A DNA stretch of 64,000 nt from an uncultured Gammaproteobacteria bacterium (GTDB lineage: Bacteria; Patescibacteriota; Microgenomatia; Levybacterales; GWA1-39-11): assembly GCA_964425075.1 (NCBI GenBank), contig CAYRKM010000001.1, forward strand, positions 106,137-170,136, read 5' to 3'. The first letter of the stretch is position 1, and every line of letters begins with the position of its first letter. Made by a program: the position numbers and the translations under genes. A model generated the notes under the pieces. The model was not told the DNA's origin. It made no database searches and saw nothing but the letters and a program-made list of their open reading frames with translations. Positions 1 to 8,330 of this stretch are shown piece by piece.

Positions 1-2
1 AT

Positions 3-614
3 ATTCTTATCACTCAAGACTTCAATGGTTTTTGCCTAACCGCAGTTGACTTCAAGCGAATTGGAGAATCAGAGGCATGTATTGATATCACAACCCCCAT
101 AACCGAAGACCTTTCATATAAGGACATTTTCCTACCACCAACCATAGGACTTTCCAAAAAAGTAATTAATGCAGGTGAAAACGCTGAGATTTATGGTTAT
201 ACAATGCCATTTGCCAAAGTTTATTTGAGCTTAAATGATGAAATTATTACGCTTACTGCTGACTCCACTGGATTTTATAGATATCTATTTAAAAATGTGC
301 CTGCAGGAAGTTATACATTTAGCGCAGCAGCCGAATTGAATGGTAAAAAATCATTGCCGCCCACGAAAAAAGTTACTCTAGAAGCGCGCTCCTTGGTTGG
401 AAGAATTTCTGAAATTCCTAAAGAAGCAGCCGCAAAATTGCCACTCTCTAATATTGGGCTTATTTTGTTGGCATTATTACTCCTAATTGCTATTGGGATT
501 TTGCTATATAAATTAAGATTTAAATTGTGGGTTATTATCGTTGATAAATTTAGAAAAAGACACCGAATGCACCACGATTGGTTCTTAGACGCATGGGATA
601 AAATGGGGAAATAG
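3..614 (+). CDS. 5'-partial CDS (runs off window start): C-terminally membrane-anchored surface-protein fragment
   Basis: Reading frame 3 is open from nt 3 through the ATG at 204 with no stop, so the listed 204..614 ORF is the tail of a longer gene. The C-terminus has a hydrophobic helix (LILLALLLLIAIGILLY) followed by a basic tail (KLRFK..KFRKRHRMHH), a positive-inside anchor. The preceding sequence is beta-rich and Ig-like. Confidence 0.5.
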   Translation: MLITQDFNGFCLTAVDFKRIGESEACIDITTPITEDLSYKDIFLPPTIGLSKKVINAGENAEIYGYTMPFAKVYLSLNDEIITLTADSTGFYRYLFKNVPAGSYTFSAAAELNGKKSLPPTKKVTLEARSLVGRISEIPKEAAAKLPLSNIGLILLALLLLIAIGILLYKLRFKLWVIIVDKFRKRHRMHHDWFLDAWDKMGK

Positions 615-810
615 AATTTAGAATATGGAATATTGAATTTAGAGAATGTGTTTTTGCAGTCAAACAATTTAACCATTTGCTTATAATTGTTCAAGAAAGC
701 CCCGACTGTGAAGTCGAGGATGAATTGAACGGTTACAGACTCGTCGAAGACGAAGTCTGAGAAAACCCCGACCGTAAGGTCGTGGGTTATTTATTTTCGA
801 ATTATGCTAA

Positions 811-2334
811 TTGCGTGAAAATATCTTGACATTAATCTTCAAATCTGGCTTAAATAGAAAAGACCATATCTTTATGTCTTTCTTATCAGGTGTGCAAAAA
901 ACGCTCTTTCCTGTTGTGCTTGTTGTTGGCGCATTATTTTTTTTGAGTGTAAAACAATCCGACGCCGCCTCATTTTCAAGCGCAAGTGCTACTCTTTCCA
1001 CCTCACGTCCTTCTGCCTCAAGCCCACTTAGTGCTGATGCAGCAAGTGGAGCATCTCAAGCTAGCATTTATAGTAATGGCTCAAGATATCTAGCTTCAGA
1101 CTCTGCCCAACTCTACAGAACCTCAAGTGGTGCGTATATTGATGCAGCGATTGTTGTAGCCTCTCAATCAGCAGCATTTACAACTGTTTACTTTGGTGAC
1201 ACAACTGGAGCAGCAGCTCAAAATGGAACAGATGTTCTCATGGTTCCGATCACTTCACTTCATACAATTCGATTTACTCTTACAACAGCACTTCCTGCAG
1301 GAGGCGATATTATTTTAAATTACCCAGGTAGCGCAAATAACACTGCGTCTCCTTCAGCAACTAGTTTTGCATTCAATAATTTAAATGGGACAGGAGGTTT
1401 ACCTGCAAATGTTGTCACAAATGGCATAACGTGTAACTCAAATTCCTATGTTACTTCTCCTCAAATTATGTGTGAAAGCACTGCTGGAGTAAGCGCCGGA
1501 ACAACTATTACTTTTCTTATTGGTTGTTCTGCCCAAAGCGGAGGTTCCTGTACAACCCAGGTTCCTAGAATGATAAATCCAACTAAATCAGCTGCTGCCG
1601 GAACTGCAGACGTTTGGAAAGTTGTTGTTCAATCTCGCGACTCTAGTGATGTGGTGCTAGATACTTCAACACTTGCTATGGGTGTTATTGAAACGGTTAC
1701 TATTCGAGCTACAGTTGACCCTAGTCTTACATTTACAATTGCAGGTATATCAAATGCCACTGCTGTAAATAATGGAAACACAACCGGATGTTTACAAACA
1801 GAAACTACAAATTCTGGTATTGCCTCAACTGCTACTGAGGTAGCATTAGGAGTTCTTGGACAAATTCCAGGCACTAATACCAAACTTCCAAATATTGCGG
1901 CCCAACTTCTGACAGTTAGTACAAATGGTGCGGCTGGATACTCACTTGTTGCAACATCAAGCGGAAAACTCAGAAATCCTGCAACAGGTTTTTCTATAAA
2001 TAGCTCAACTACCCCCCAAGCCTTCCCTGCTTCTACCCCCTTCTTTGGACTACATGCTTGTGGACTAGATAGTGACGTTACTTTCTGGAATTCTACGGGA
2101 AGCTCTGCGTGCAACAGCTATGTAACCGGCTCAACTGATCCAATTTGTCGTTATGGTTGGCCTACGACAACAGAACCAGTTCTTTTGTCTTCTGACTCTA
2201 CAGGACCAATTGGAAATAGCATTCTTGCAGGAAATGGGCTGACAAGCGTTTCATATGCATCTGCAATTGATGCAACCGTACCACCAGGCGAATACACGAC
2301 AGTTGTAACTTATGTTGCAACACCGTCATTTTAA
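811..2334 (+). CDS. secreted Ser/Thr/Gly-rich surface protein; paralog of 17819..18595 (shared C-terminal ...TYVATPS[FI] end); possibly a divergent WxL-like cell-wall-binding domain
   Basis: A signal peptide is visible if translation starts at the internal Met (MSFLSGVQKTLFPVVLVVGALFFLSVKQSDA, nt 874). The C-terminal half aligns by eye with 17819..18595 (LTVSTNGAAGYSLVATSSGKLRNPATG vs LTISNGSAYGYSVLASENHPLRVNPIG; ends TTVVTYVATPSF vs NVITYVATPSI). No TM anchor. Confidence 0.6.
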   Translation: MRENILTLIFKSGLNRKDHIFMSFLSGVQKTLFPVVLVVGALFFLSVKQSDAASFSSASATLSTSRPSASSPLSADAASGASQASIYSNGSRYLASDSAQLYRTSSGAYIDAAIVVASQSAAFTTVYFGDTTGAAAQNGTDVLMVPITSLHTIRFTLTTALPAGGDIILNYPGSANNTASPSATSFAFNNLNGTGGLPANVVTNGITCNSNSYVTSPQIMCESTAGVSAGTTITFLIGCSAQSGGSCTTQVPRMINPTKSAAAGTADVWKVVVQSRDSSDVVLDTSTLAMGVIETVTIRATVDPSLTFTIAGISNATAVNNGNTTGCLQTETTNSGIASTATEVALGVLGQIPGTNTKLPNIAAQLLTVSTNGAAGYSLVATSSGKLRNPATGFSINSSTTPQAFPASTPFFGLHACGLDSDVTFWNSTGSSACNSYVTGSTDPICRYGWPTTTEPVLLSSDSTGPIGNSILAGNGLTSVSYASAIDATVPPGEYTTVVTYVATPSF

Positions 2335-2429
2335 AAGAGTAGTAAGTATTAAGTAGCAAGTATTAAGGTTTGTCAGATGAAGACTGATATCTACTAGCTA
2401 CATACTACTTTCTACCCGATACCAAACAT

Positions 2430-3404
2430 ATGTCGACTGCCAAAATTTGTAAAACAAAATATTTTATAAAGTCATTCTTCATTACTTCTCTTTTTAGTTT
2501 GTTTTTGGTTTTAACTGCAAAATTTATATTTGCTCAGGAAAACCCCCGCACGATTACAATTGTACCCCCCACTGTTGAAAGAAGTGTGAATCCTGGAGAC
2601 AGGGCTGAAGGTACCCTAAAAATCGTAAATGATAGCAAGACTCCTATAACCTTTAAGGCATACGTGAGAGATTTTATAGTTGAGGATACAATTGGAACAC
2701 CAAAAATCTTAGCAGACGATATATTATCAAAAAAATATTCAGCCTCGTCCTGGATAGCCGTTGTTCCTGATGCTTTTATAGTTTCTCCAGGTACAAGCCA
2801 AACCCTTAATTACTACCTTCAAGTTCCACTTGATGCTCGTCCAGGCGGTAGATATGCAGCAGTTGTATACGAACCTCAAGAGTTAATAGGTGTTCAAGGC
2901 ACAGGTGCTGGTGTTGAAACTCGACTTGGTTCTCTTTTTATCCTAAGAGTGAGTGGAGATGTATTGGAAAACGCAACTGTCGAGAAATTTCAAGCTCCAG
3001 GTTTTGCCGAGTATGGTCCAGTGAGCTTAATAACAGAAATTAAGAACCTGAGCGATGTACACATAAAACCAAAGGGAATAATAACTATTAAAAATATGTT
3101 TGGACAAATTATGGAAACCCAACCTCTTCCTGAACATAATATTTTTCCTGAAGCGGTAAGAAAATTTGAAAATTCAGTTGGAAAAAAATATTTGGCCGGA
3201 AGGTATACTGCAGAGCTTCAAGCAACATATGGAATTAATAACAACCTTACTCTCTACGCAACGACTAACTTTTTTGTTTTTCCTTGGAAAATAGCCGGAA
3301 TTGTATTGCTTGCAGGAATTCTTGCCATTCTTCTTGTTCTTTATATCAAGAAAAGGAAGGAAGAAAAAAAGTCATCTTCAAGCCCCGACCACACAATACA
3401 ATAA
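2430..3404 (+). CDS. cell-surface protein with N-terminal signal peptide and C-terminal TM anchor + basic tail (CscA/DUF916-like architecture); paralog of 18996..19958
   Basis: N-terminal signal (FFITSLFSLFLVLTAKFIFAQ). C-terminal helix IAGIVLLAGILAILLVLYI followed by KKRKEEKK. Blocks of similarity to 18996..19958 (TITIVPPTVERSVNPG vs LSVSVYPPILEVQTTPP; the C-terminal anchors). Confidence 0.6.
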   Translation: MSTAKICKTKYFIKSFFITSLFSLFLVLTAKFIFAQENPRTITIVPPTVERSVNPGDRAEGTLKIVNDSKTPITFKAYVRDFIVEDTIGTPKILADDILSKKYSASSWIAVVPDAFIVSPGTSQTLNYYLQVPLDARPGGRYAAVVYEPQELIGVQGTGAGVETRLGSLFILRVSGDVLENATVEKFQAPGFAEYGPVSLITEIKNLSDVHIKPKGIITIKNMFGQIMETQPLPEHNIFPEAVRKFENSVGKKYLAGRYTAELQATYGINNNLTLYATTNFFVFPWKIAGIVLLAGILAILLVLYIKKRKEEKKSSSSPDHTIQ

Positions 3405-3479
3405 TATTACCAAAAAGTATTATAGTAATTTGACTGCTTAGATTTTTGCTGCTAAAATTCGTTGTGATTTGAACAGTTG

Positions 3480-4150
3480 AAGGTTGTTTGTGGGACCGAG
3501 AGTACTGCATTCTCGAACCCTTTATCCTTCTCTTTTCATCAGCCCATAAGCATTACTATTATGCTTTTGGTGCACATTGACAAATCCTGAGTGAAAATTC
3601 AGCTGCTCTTGAGCAGTTTTACCAACTAGAGGGGCTTGCCCCGCAAGATTTGGAGCGGCGAGGATGCCAAAAAGAAAACGGGCCAGGGGAAACCTAGGCA
3701 AACGGCTAACTACCGGGCAACTTGGGCTCTGGGAAAGCATGATGCGCGAGCCGGGTGTCCAACCGGACATCTACGAGGGCGTTATTGCCGATGTTGACGC
3801 CTCCGGGCGTCAGATCGTACCCCGTGACCGCGACGAGGAAGGAGAAGCGCATGTGGCAACTAATTAAATGGGTACCTGGAGGTCCCAACAAGGTTCTAGT
3901 CGAGGCTCTCGATGAACCAAGAGCTGCTTCTGCTTTCCGTAGCAGACGGGAGGGCCAGTACACCATACGGGTTATCCAGCCAACTGGAGAGGAAGTCCCA
4001 CTGGACTGGTACAATCTCGCGCTCGACCACGAGATCTAGCTCACTCAGGACGGGTGAAGAAAGAGAAACTACCCGCAAGGGAATTATTTGCCACGAATTG
4101 CTCGTGTCAACTGATTGGGCAGCGCCCTTTTCACTCTTTCTTCACCTTCG
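3480..4150. other. GC-rich ~670-bp island without a convincing CDS (only short mutually overlapping ORFs on both strands); candidate structured RNA or remnant of foreign DNA
   Basis: Abrupt composition shift relative to the AT-rich flanks. Several local hairpins (for example GGGGCTTGCCCC at ~3632, GTGTCCAACCGGACAT at ~3753). Six-frame ORFs are 60-100 aa and overlap each other. Confidence 0.3.
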
Positions 4151-4157
4151 TCCCAAA

Positions 4158-5882
4158 TTAATTTACAATTCTTTGGGACTTTTCTAAATCCACATTTCGA
4201 TCTTTTTTATTCTCAAGAATGCGAATAAATGGTAATGTGAACACAATTGATGTTCCTTCTCCAAATTTTGAATGAACAGAAATATTGCCTCCATGGCTCT
4301 CAATGATAGCTTTTGATATATATAGACCTAGTCCAGTTCCGCGTCTCCTATGAAGATTGGTTGCTTGAGAAAATGGTTGGAAAAGCTGTTTTATTTTTTC
4401 ATCCTCTATTCCTATTCCATTGTCTCTTACCTCAATTTCTATGTTATTTCCTTTTAATCTAGAAAAAATCTCAACTCTCCCTCCCCTATTTCCAAACTTA
4501 ATTCCATTAGACACCAAATTTGCCAAAACTTGCTCAATTCTAACGGGATCAAAGGCAAAGATGGGTACATCTACACCTTTGTACTTTTCTATCGTTATTC
4601 CCCTATTGTTGGCCTCGTACGTGAATGTTTGGACAAGCTTGTCGATAATTTCATTGATGTCTGACTGTTTGGGAATTATTTGCATTTTTCCTATATCGAT
4701 TTTGGCCGTGTCAAGAAGCTCTTGAATATCATTCAAAAGCCTTTCTGTTGAGTCATGAAGAATGTGCTTAAGCTTTAATTCATCATCTCTCTCTAATTTT
4801 TCTGCTAAAAGAAGCGAGGAAGCTCCCCTCATAGCTGTTAATGGCGCTCTAAGCTCATGAATGACCATATTTACAAATCCCTCACGTGTTTTATCAAGCT
4901 CTTTTTCAACAGTTATATCCTGCATCGTAACGGAAACCCCAATTATGGTTTCGTCATTTGAATCAAAAACAGGCGTAAGATAAATATTGAAGTGTTTTTC
5001 ACTTATCTCTACATTTCGGTAAAATGTACTTTTTTTCATAAGGATTACCTCTTTCATTTCGGTAATTAAGTTTGGGGAAAGTTTGAAGCTATTCAAAACC
5101 TGAACAAGCTCCAATTCTCCTGAAAGTTTCAAAAATCTTTTAGCTGCATTATTTATCGTAAACAGTTTCAAACTATTATTTTCTATAGTAAAAAGCATCG
5201 CTCCAGACGAAAGGCTTTTTATCAATGACTCAACTTTGCCCTTCTCTGTCTCAATTACATTCTCTAACCTACCGATTGCAAATTGAGCCTGATTTACGAT
5301 TTTATACAAAAGACTCATATCCTCGTCTTGATAAGCATGCGGAGTGCTTGATGATATATTTATAATTCCAATAAAGCGATTGTTAAGAACCAATGGAATA
5401 TTAAAATAAGACTGAGGAACCCCATCATAGGGAGTCAAACTATCAAGCAATGACTCATCTTCCTTGGAAATATGTGCTCCTGCGGACTTCTCAATAAGCG
5501 GAAAAGATTTTAGCGAATCATCTATTTCATAAACTGCCTGGAGCATGATTTGCTTAACACCCGAAAGATATGAAGGGCCCACCTTCTCTTTGGTTAAAGT
5601 TGTAAGTTCTAAATGCCCTTTATCAATTATCGTGAAAGAAACAGATGAAACTTTAAAAAGCTTTTCTATGGTTGAGGCCAAAGTTGTTGCTACATCTTTT
5701 ATGCTTAATGTGTATCCTGTTTTGTCTGAGATCTCCTTTAAAATGCTTAATTCAAATAGTTGCTGAGAATGTTTTTTTTCTTTTTTAAAAAGCTCTAGTT
5801 TGGTAGACTTGAGGCGAAAATACAAATAAACGGTCGTAAGACTCGTTATCAAAAATCCAAACATTGTAAAAGTCTCAAGCAT
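4158..5882 (-). CDS. sensor histidine kinase (N-terminal TM, GAF/PAS-like sensory region, HisKA + HATPase_c)
   Basis: H-box HELRAPLTAMRG. N/G1/G2 boxes (LVSNGIKFGNRGGRVEI.. DNGIGIEDEKIKQLFQPF.. GTGLGLYISKAIIESHGG). N-terminal hydrophobic segment. Confidence 0.85.
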   Translation of the reverse strand: MLETFTMFGFLITSLTTVYLYFRLKSTKLELFKKEKKHSQQLFELSILKEISDKTGYTLSIKDVATTLASTIEKLFKVSSVSFTIIDKGHLELTTLTKEKVGPSYLSGVKQIMLQAVYEIDDSLKSFPLIEKSAGAHISKEDESLLDSLTPYDGVPQSYFNIPLVLNNRFIGIINISSSTPHAYQDEDMSLLYKIVNQAQFAIGRLENVIETEKGKVESLIKSLSSGAMLFTIENNSLKLFTINNAAKRFLKLSGELELVQVLNSFKLSPNLITEMKEVILMKKSTFYRNVEISEKHFNIYLTPVFDSNDETIIGVSVTMQDITVEKELDKTREGFVNMVIHELRAPLTAMRGASSLLLAEKLERDDELKLKHILHDSTERLLNDIQELLDTAKIDIGKMQIIPKQSDINEIIDKLVQTFTYEANNRGITIEKYKGVDVPIFAFDPVRIEQVLANLVSNGIKFGNRGGRVEIFSRLKGNNIEIEVRDNGIGIEDEKIKQLFQPFSQATNLHRRRGTGLGLYISKAIIESHGGNISVHSKFGEGTSIVFTLPFIRILENKKDRNVDLEKSQRIVN

Positions 5883-6004
5883 AATTTAAGTATGAAATAA
5901 AAATTAACAGGTAGCAAGTAGTAGCGGACTTAAGGTATGGGGAATTATTAAGAGTGATTGGTGGGAGACGACGCGCGATGCGTCGCCCCCCACCGGTTGC
6001 AGAG

Positions 6005-6409
6005 CTACGAAGCAGCGAGTGCTTCCTCGACCTCGAACATGTCGCTGGATCGAAAGAAGAGGAATTTTTGTTTCCATGAGAGACGTTCCACATCAACTGC
6101 GTTGATGATTTCACGTCCCCGCTGGCTATCGTCCCGGACAATCCCTTGGATTTCCGAGAGGCTAATGGGCGCTCCTTCGATCTCGGCATCGTCAAGTTTG
6201 CCCGTGCGGGCATCCCTCAACCCTTCCGAGATGTTCTGGAGCTCTGCCATCAAGATGGCAAAAGCCCCCTCGTCGTACTCCCTGCGGGAGCAGACGACGA
6301 ACCCGAACAGTCGAACAGCCACGAAACACTTCCCTTCTCGGCATAGCCGAATTCGCTCTGCTATATGTCTTACCGAAAGTGACTTTTGAGAACGTGCAAC
6401 CGCGCTCAT
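6005..6409 (-). CDS. hypothetical protein encoded in a GC-rich island (likely horizontally acquired)
   Basis: 134-aa ORF that fills the GC-rich block ~5940-6410. Other-frame ORFs are shadows typical of GC-rich DNA. A CGACGC-GCGAT-GCGTCG hairpin lies just past its stop. Confidence 0.4.
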   Translation of the reverse strand: MSAVARSQKSLSVRHIAERIRLCREGKCFVAVRLFGFVVCSRREYDEGAFAILMAELQNISEGLRDARTGKLDDAEIEGAPISLSEIQGIVRDDSQRGREIINAVDVERLSWKQKFLFFRSSDMFEVEEALAAS

Positions 6410-6570
6410 ACATCACAAACAGTACCTACAATTTTACTCCTTTTGAACCCAAATGTCAAGCTATAGGATGTTTCTGCTACCCAGAAATAGGATAACTTTT
6501 TGAGCAATGACTAATGGTTAATAGCTAATAGTTTTTTTGTATTTCAAACTAATTTTTCTCTTTCGTCGTT

Positions 6571-6760
6571 TAGTACTGAACATATGAATAACCGAATGAA
6601 TGAGTGGCCGCGAAGCGGAAGAACTGAAAAGGCGAAGTCCGAGTTCTTAACGAATGAATGAGGTTTTGAATACGTGAAGGACTATTGACGAGAGCTTTTG
6701 CCTGCACTGAGTGAAACGAATGTGGTACTTTTCTCGGTAGAAAAGTACATGAGCTCGTTA
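6571..6760. repeat. intergenic repeat element, copy A (family shared with 43025..43130 and 61327..61510); contains a 9-bp-stem hairpin GTACTTTTC-tcggta-GAAAAGTAC
   Basis: Shared blocks with copy B: GTACYGAACATATGAA, CGAATGAG (x2), GAATACGTGARGRAC-ATTGACGAGAG-CTTTGC, then the hairpin followed by A(T/A)GAG. Confidence 0.6.
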
Positions 6761-7102
6761 TTTCGTGAGGCTTTCCAATCTATCCGCGGTTTTCTTACTC
6801 CCTATCACAATAATGTACGTTCCCAATACAAAACATACACCTTTTATCAAAAATACTCCAACGGAATAGACATTGCTATAACTTATCTGAAAATAGGAGT
6901 TAATTGCATCAATTATTATTCCCAAAGCCAAAAATAATACTCCTGTAGCAATTGTTTTAAAACCGTGAGCCAAAATTCCACTTCCAAATTTTTTTGTAAC
7001 CTGATACATAATAAGCGCGGCGGTAATTGCAGCAAATGCAGCCACAAAAGAAATTCCATTTACGATAATGGTTAAGAATTGAAGGTCATTAAATTCGTAC
7101 AT
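6758..7102 (-). CDS. small polytopic membrane protein (3-4 predicted TM helices), hypothetical
   Basis: Hydrophobic helices throughout (FLTIIVNGISFVAAFAAITAALIMY, ATGVLFLALGIIIDAI, VGVFLIKGVCFVLGTYIIVIG). Confidence 0.5.
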   Translation of the reverse strand: MYEFNDLQFLTIIVNGISFVAAFAAITAALIMYQVTKKFGSGILAHGFKTIATGVLFLALGIIIDAINSYFQISYSNVYSVGVFLIKGVCFVLGTYIIVIGSKKTADRLESLTK

Positions 7103-7155
7103 AATCTATTCTAGTCACAATAAAGATAAGATGTAAACCACCTATCTCAATTCAT

Positions 7156-7719
7156 TTACTTTTGAGCTGAATTCTCGGTTGATAATGGCGACTTTGAGAG
7201 TTCATCAAGAGCATGATTCAATTCGTCCAATTGGTTTTGAGAAAATTGTGGCGGCTCTATTTTTTCTTCAGTTTTATTTTCTTCTATAACTTGAGGTTGT
7301 GGATTTGCATTTATAATAGGTGGTTGATCCACTTTTATTGGAGTGGGTGAAAGAACTGAATTAAGAGGTACGGTTTCTTGGGGCATAACTTGAGGCTGAG
7401 ATGGAGAATACATGGGAGCTCCAAGGGTTACTGCAGACTGAGAAGCATTCCCCAATAACACTCCTGGATATGAAGTCAAAATCGACTCCATTGTCTTTTT
7501 CACAATCATTCCAGAAAGCTCAACGAATTGATTGATAAGTTGCTGCAAAAGTTGTTGAGGATCCCCCGTAATGGTTTGAACTACTCCCCCATTATCTACT
7601 GTAATCCCTTGTACGTTTTTGACCTTGGCAAGCGTAATATCGGGCCCCAAAACAAGCATTTGCTTTCGGATTAGCTCAGTAAAGATTGTTTTATAGTCTG
7701 TGTCGTTAGTGGGCAGCAT
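7156..7719 (-). CDS. hypothetical protein with low-complexity Pro/Gln-rich C-terminus, co-directional and immediately downstream of the response regulator
   Basis: ORF abuts 7726..8106. No recognisable motif. Confidence 0.4.
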   Translation of the reverse strand: MLPTNDTDYKTIFTELIRKQMLVLGPDITLAKVKNVQGITVDNGGVVQTITGDPQQLLQQLINQFVELSGMIVKKTMESILTSYPGVLLGNASQSAVTLGAPMYSPSQPQVMPQETVPLNSVLSPTPIKVDQPPIINANPQPQVIEENKTEEKIEPPQFSQNQLDELNHALDELSKSPLSTENSAQK

Positions 7720-7725
7720 ATGAAT

Positions 7726-8106
7726 TTATGATTGGTTATCTCCTAAAATTCCTTTTACCTTTTTCACCAAATCCTCATTTGAAATTTGATATTTCAAAAT
7801 ATAGTCAACTGCCCCAACTCCAAGGGACTCATTTACCATTTGGTCATTTGAAAAATTGGTTAGCATTGCAACTTTTACGTTATTCGTTAATGAATTACCT
7901 TTTAATTTCCTTAAAACCTCATTGCCAGATAAATCGGGCATCATTTGATCAAGCAAAACAAGGTCGTATGCAATATGTTGAGCCTTATCAAGCGCCTGTT
8001 GACCATTTTCCGCAATTGTTAACTCGTAGCCAGCTTGTTTTAAAACAGTTTCAAATACTGTCCGTGTCTCTGGCTCGTCATCAACCAACAAAATCTTTTT
8101 TGACAT
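7726..8106 (-). CDS. CheY-like single-domain response regulator (receiver domain only)
   Basis: KILLVDDEP..D..LLDQMMPDLSG..VAMLTN receiver signature (DD pair, phospho-acceptor Asp, conserved T and K). 126 aa, so no output domain. Confidence 0.8.
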   Translation of the reverse strand: MSKKILLVDDEPETRTVFETVLKQAGYELTIAENGQQALDKAQHIAYDLVLLDQMMPDLSGNEVLRKLKGNSLTNNVKVAMLTNFSNDQMVNESLGVGAVDYILKYQISNEDLVKKVKGILGDNQS

Positions 8107-8330
8107 AAAAACCTCCTAATATCAGGCTATCAACTCTGTAAAAAAATTGCAAGCCCTCCTACGTTAAAACTTCGGAGGGCACAGTCCACCTAAAATCATT
8201 CTTCAAACCGTGTTCAAAATTGAACTAAAAAAGTTTGAAGCAAGATATGGCGATCAAGGTTTCACCAACTTTCTTTTGAGGCTAATATAGTATAATTGCC
8301 AAACAAAAACTGTCATGCTAGTATGAATGC

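Noticed and set aside
3480-4150. tRNA / tmRNA / RNase P RNA / group II intron domain V in the GC-rich island
   Set aside because: Neither strand contains GGTTCGAATCC-type T-arms with complementary stems. The RNase P P4 (AGGAAAGTCCGGGCTCC) and ACAGAACCCGGCTTA boxes are absent. The GAGCCGGGTGTCC...GGACATCTACGAGGGC candidate for domain V does not form the required lower helix with a 2-nt bulge.
6698-6937. 79-aa plus-strand ORF overlapping the small membrane-protein gene
   Set aside because: Fully antisense to the better-supported 6758..7102 minus-strand membrane ORF and overlaps repeat element A.
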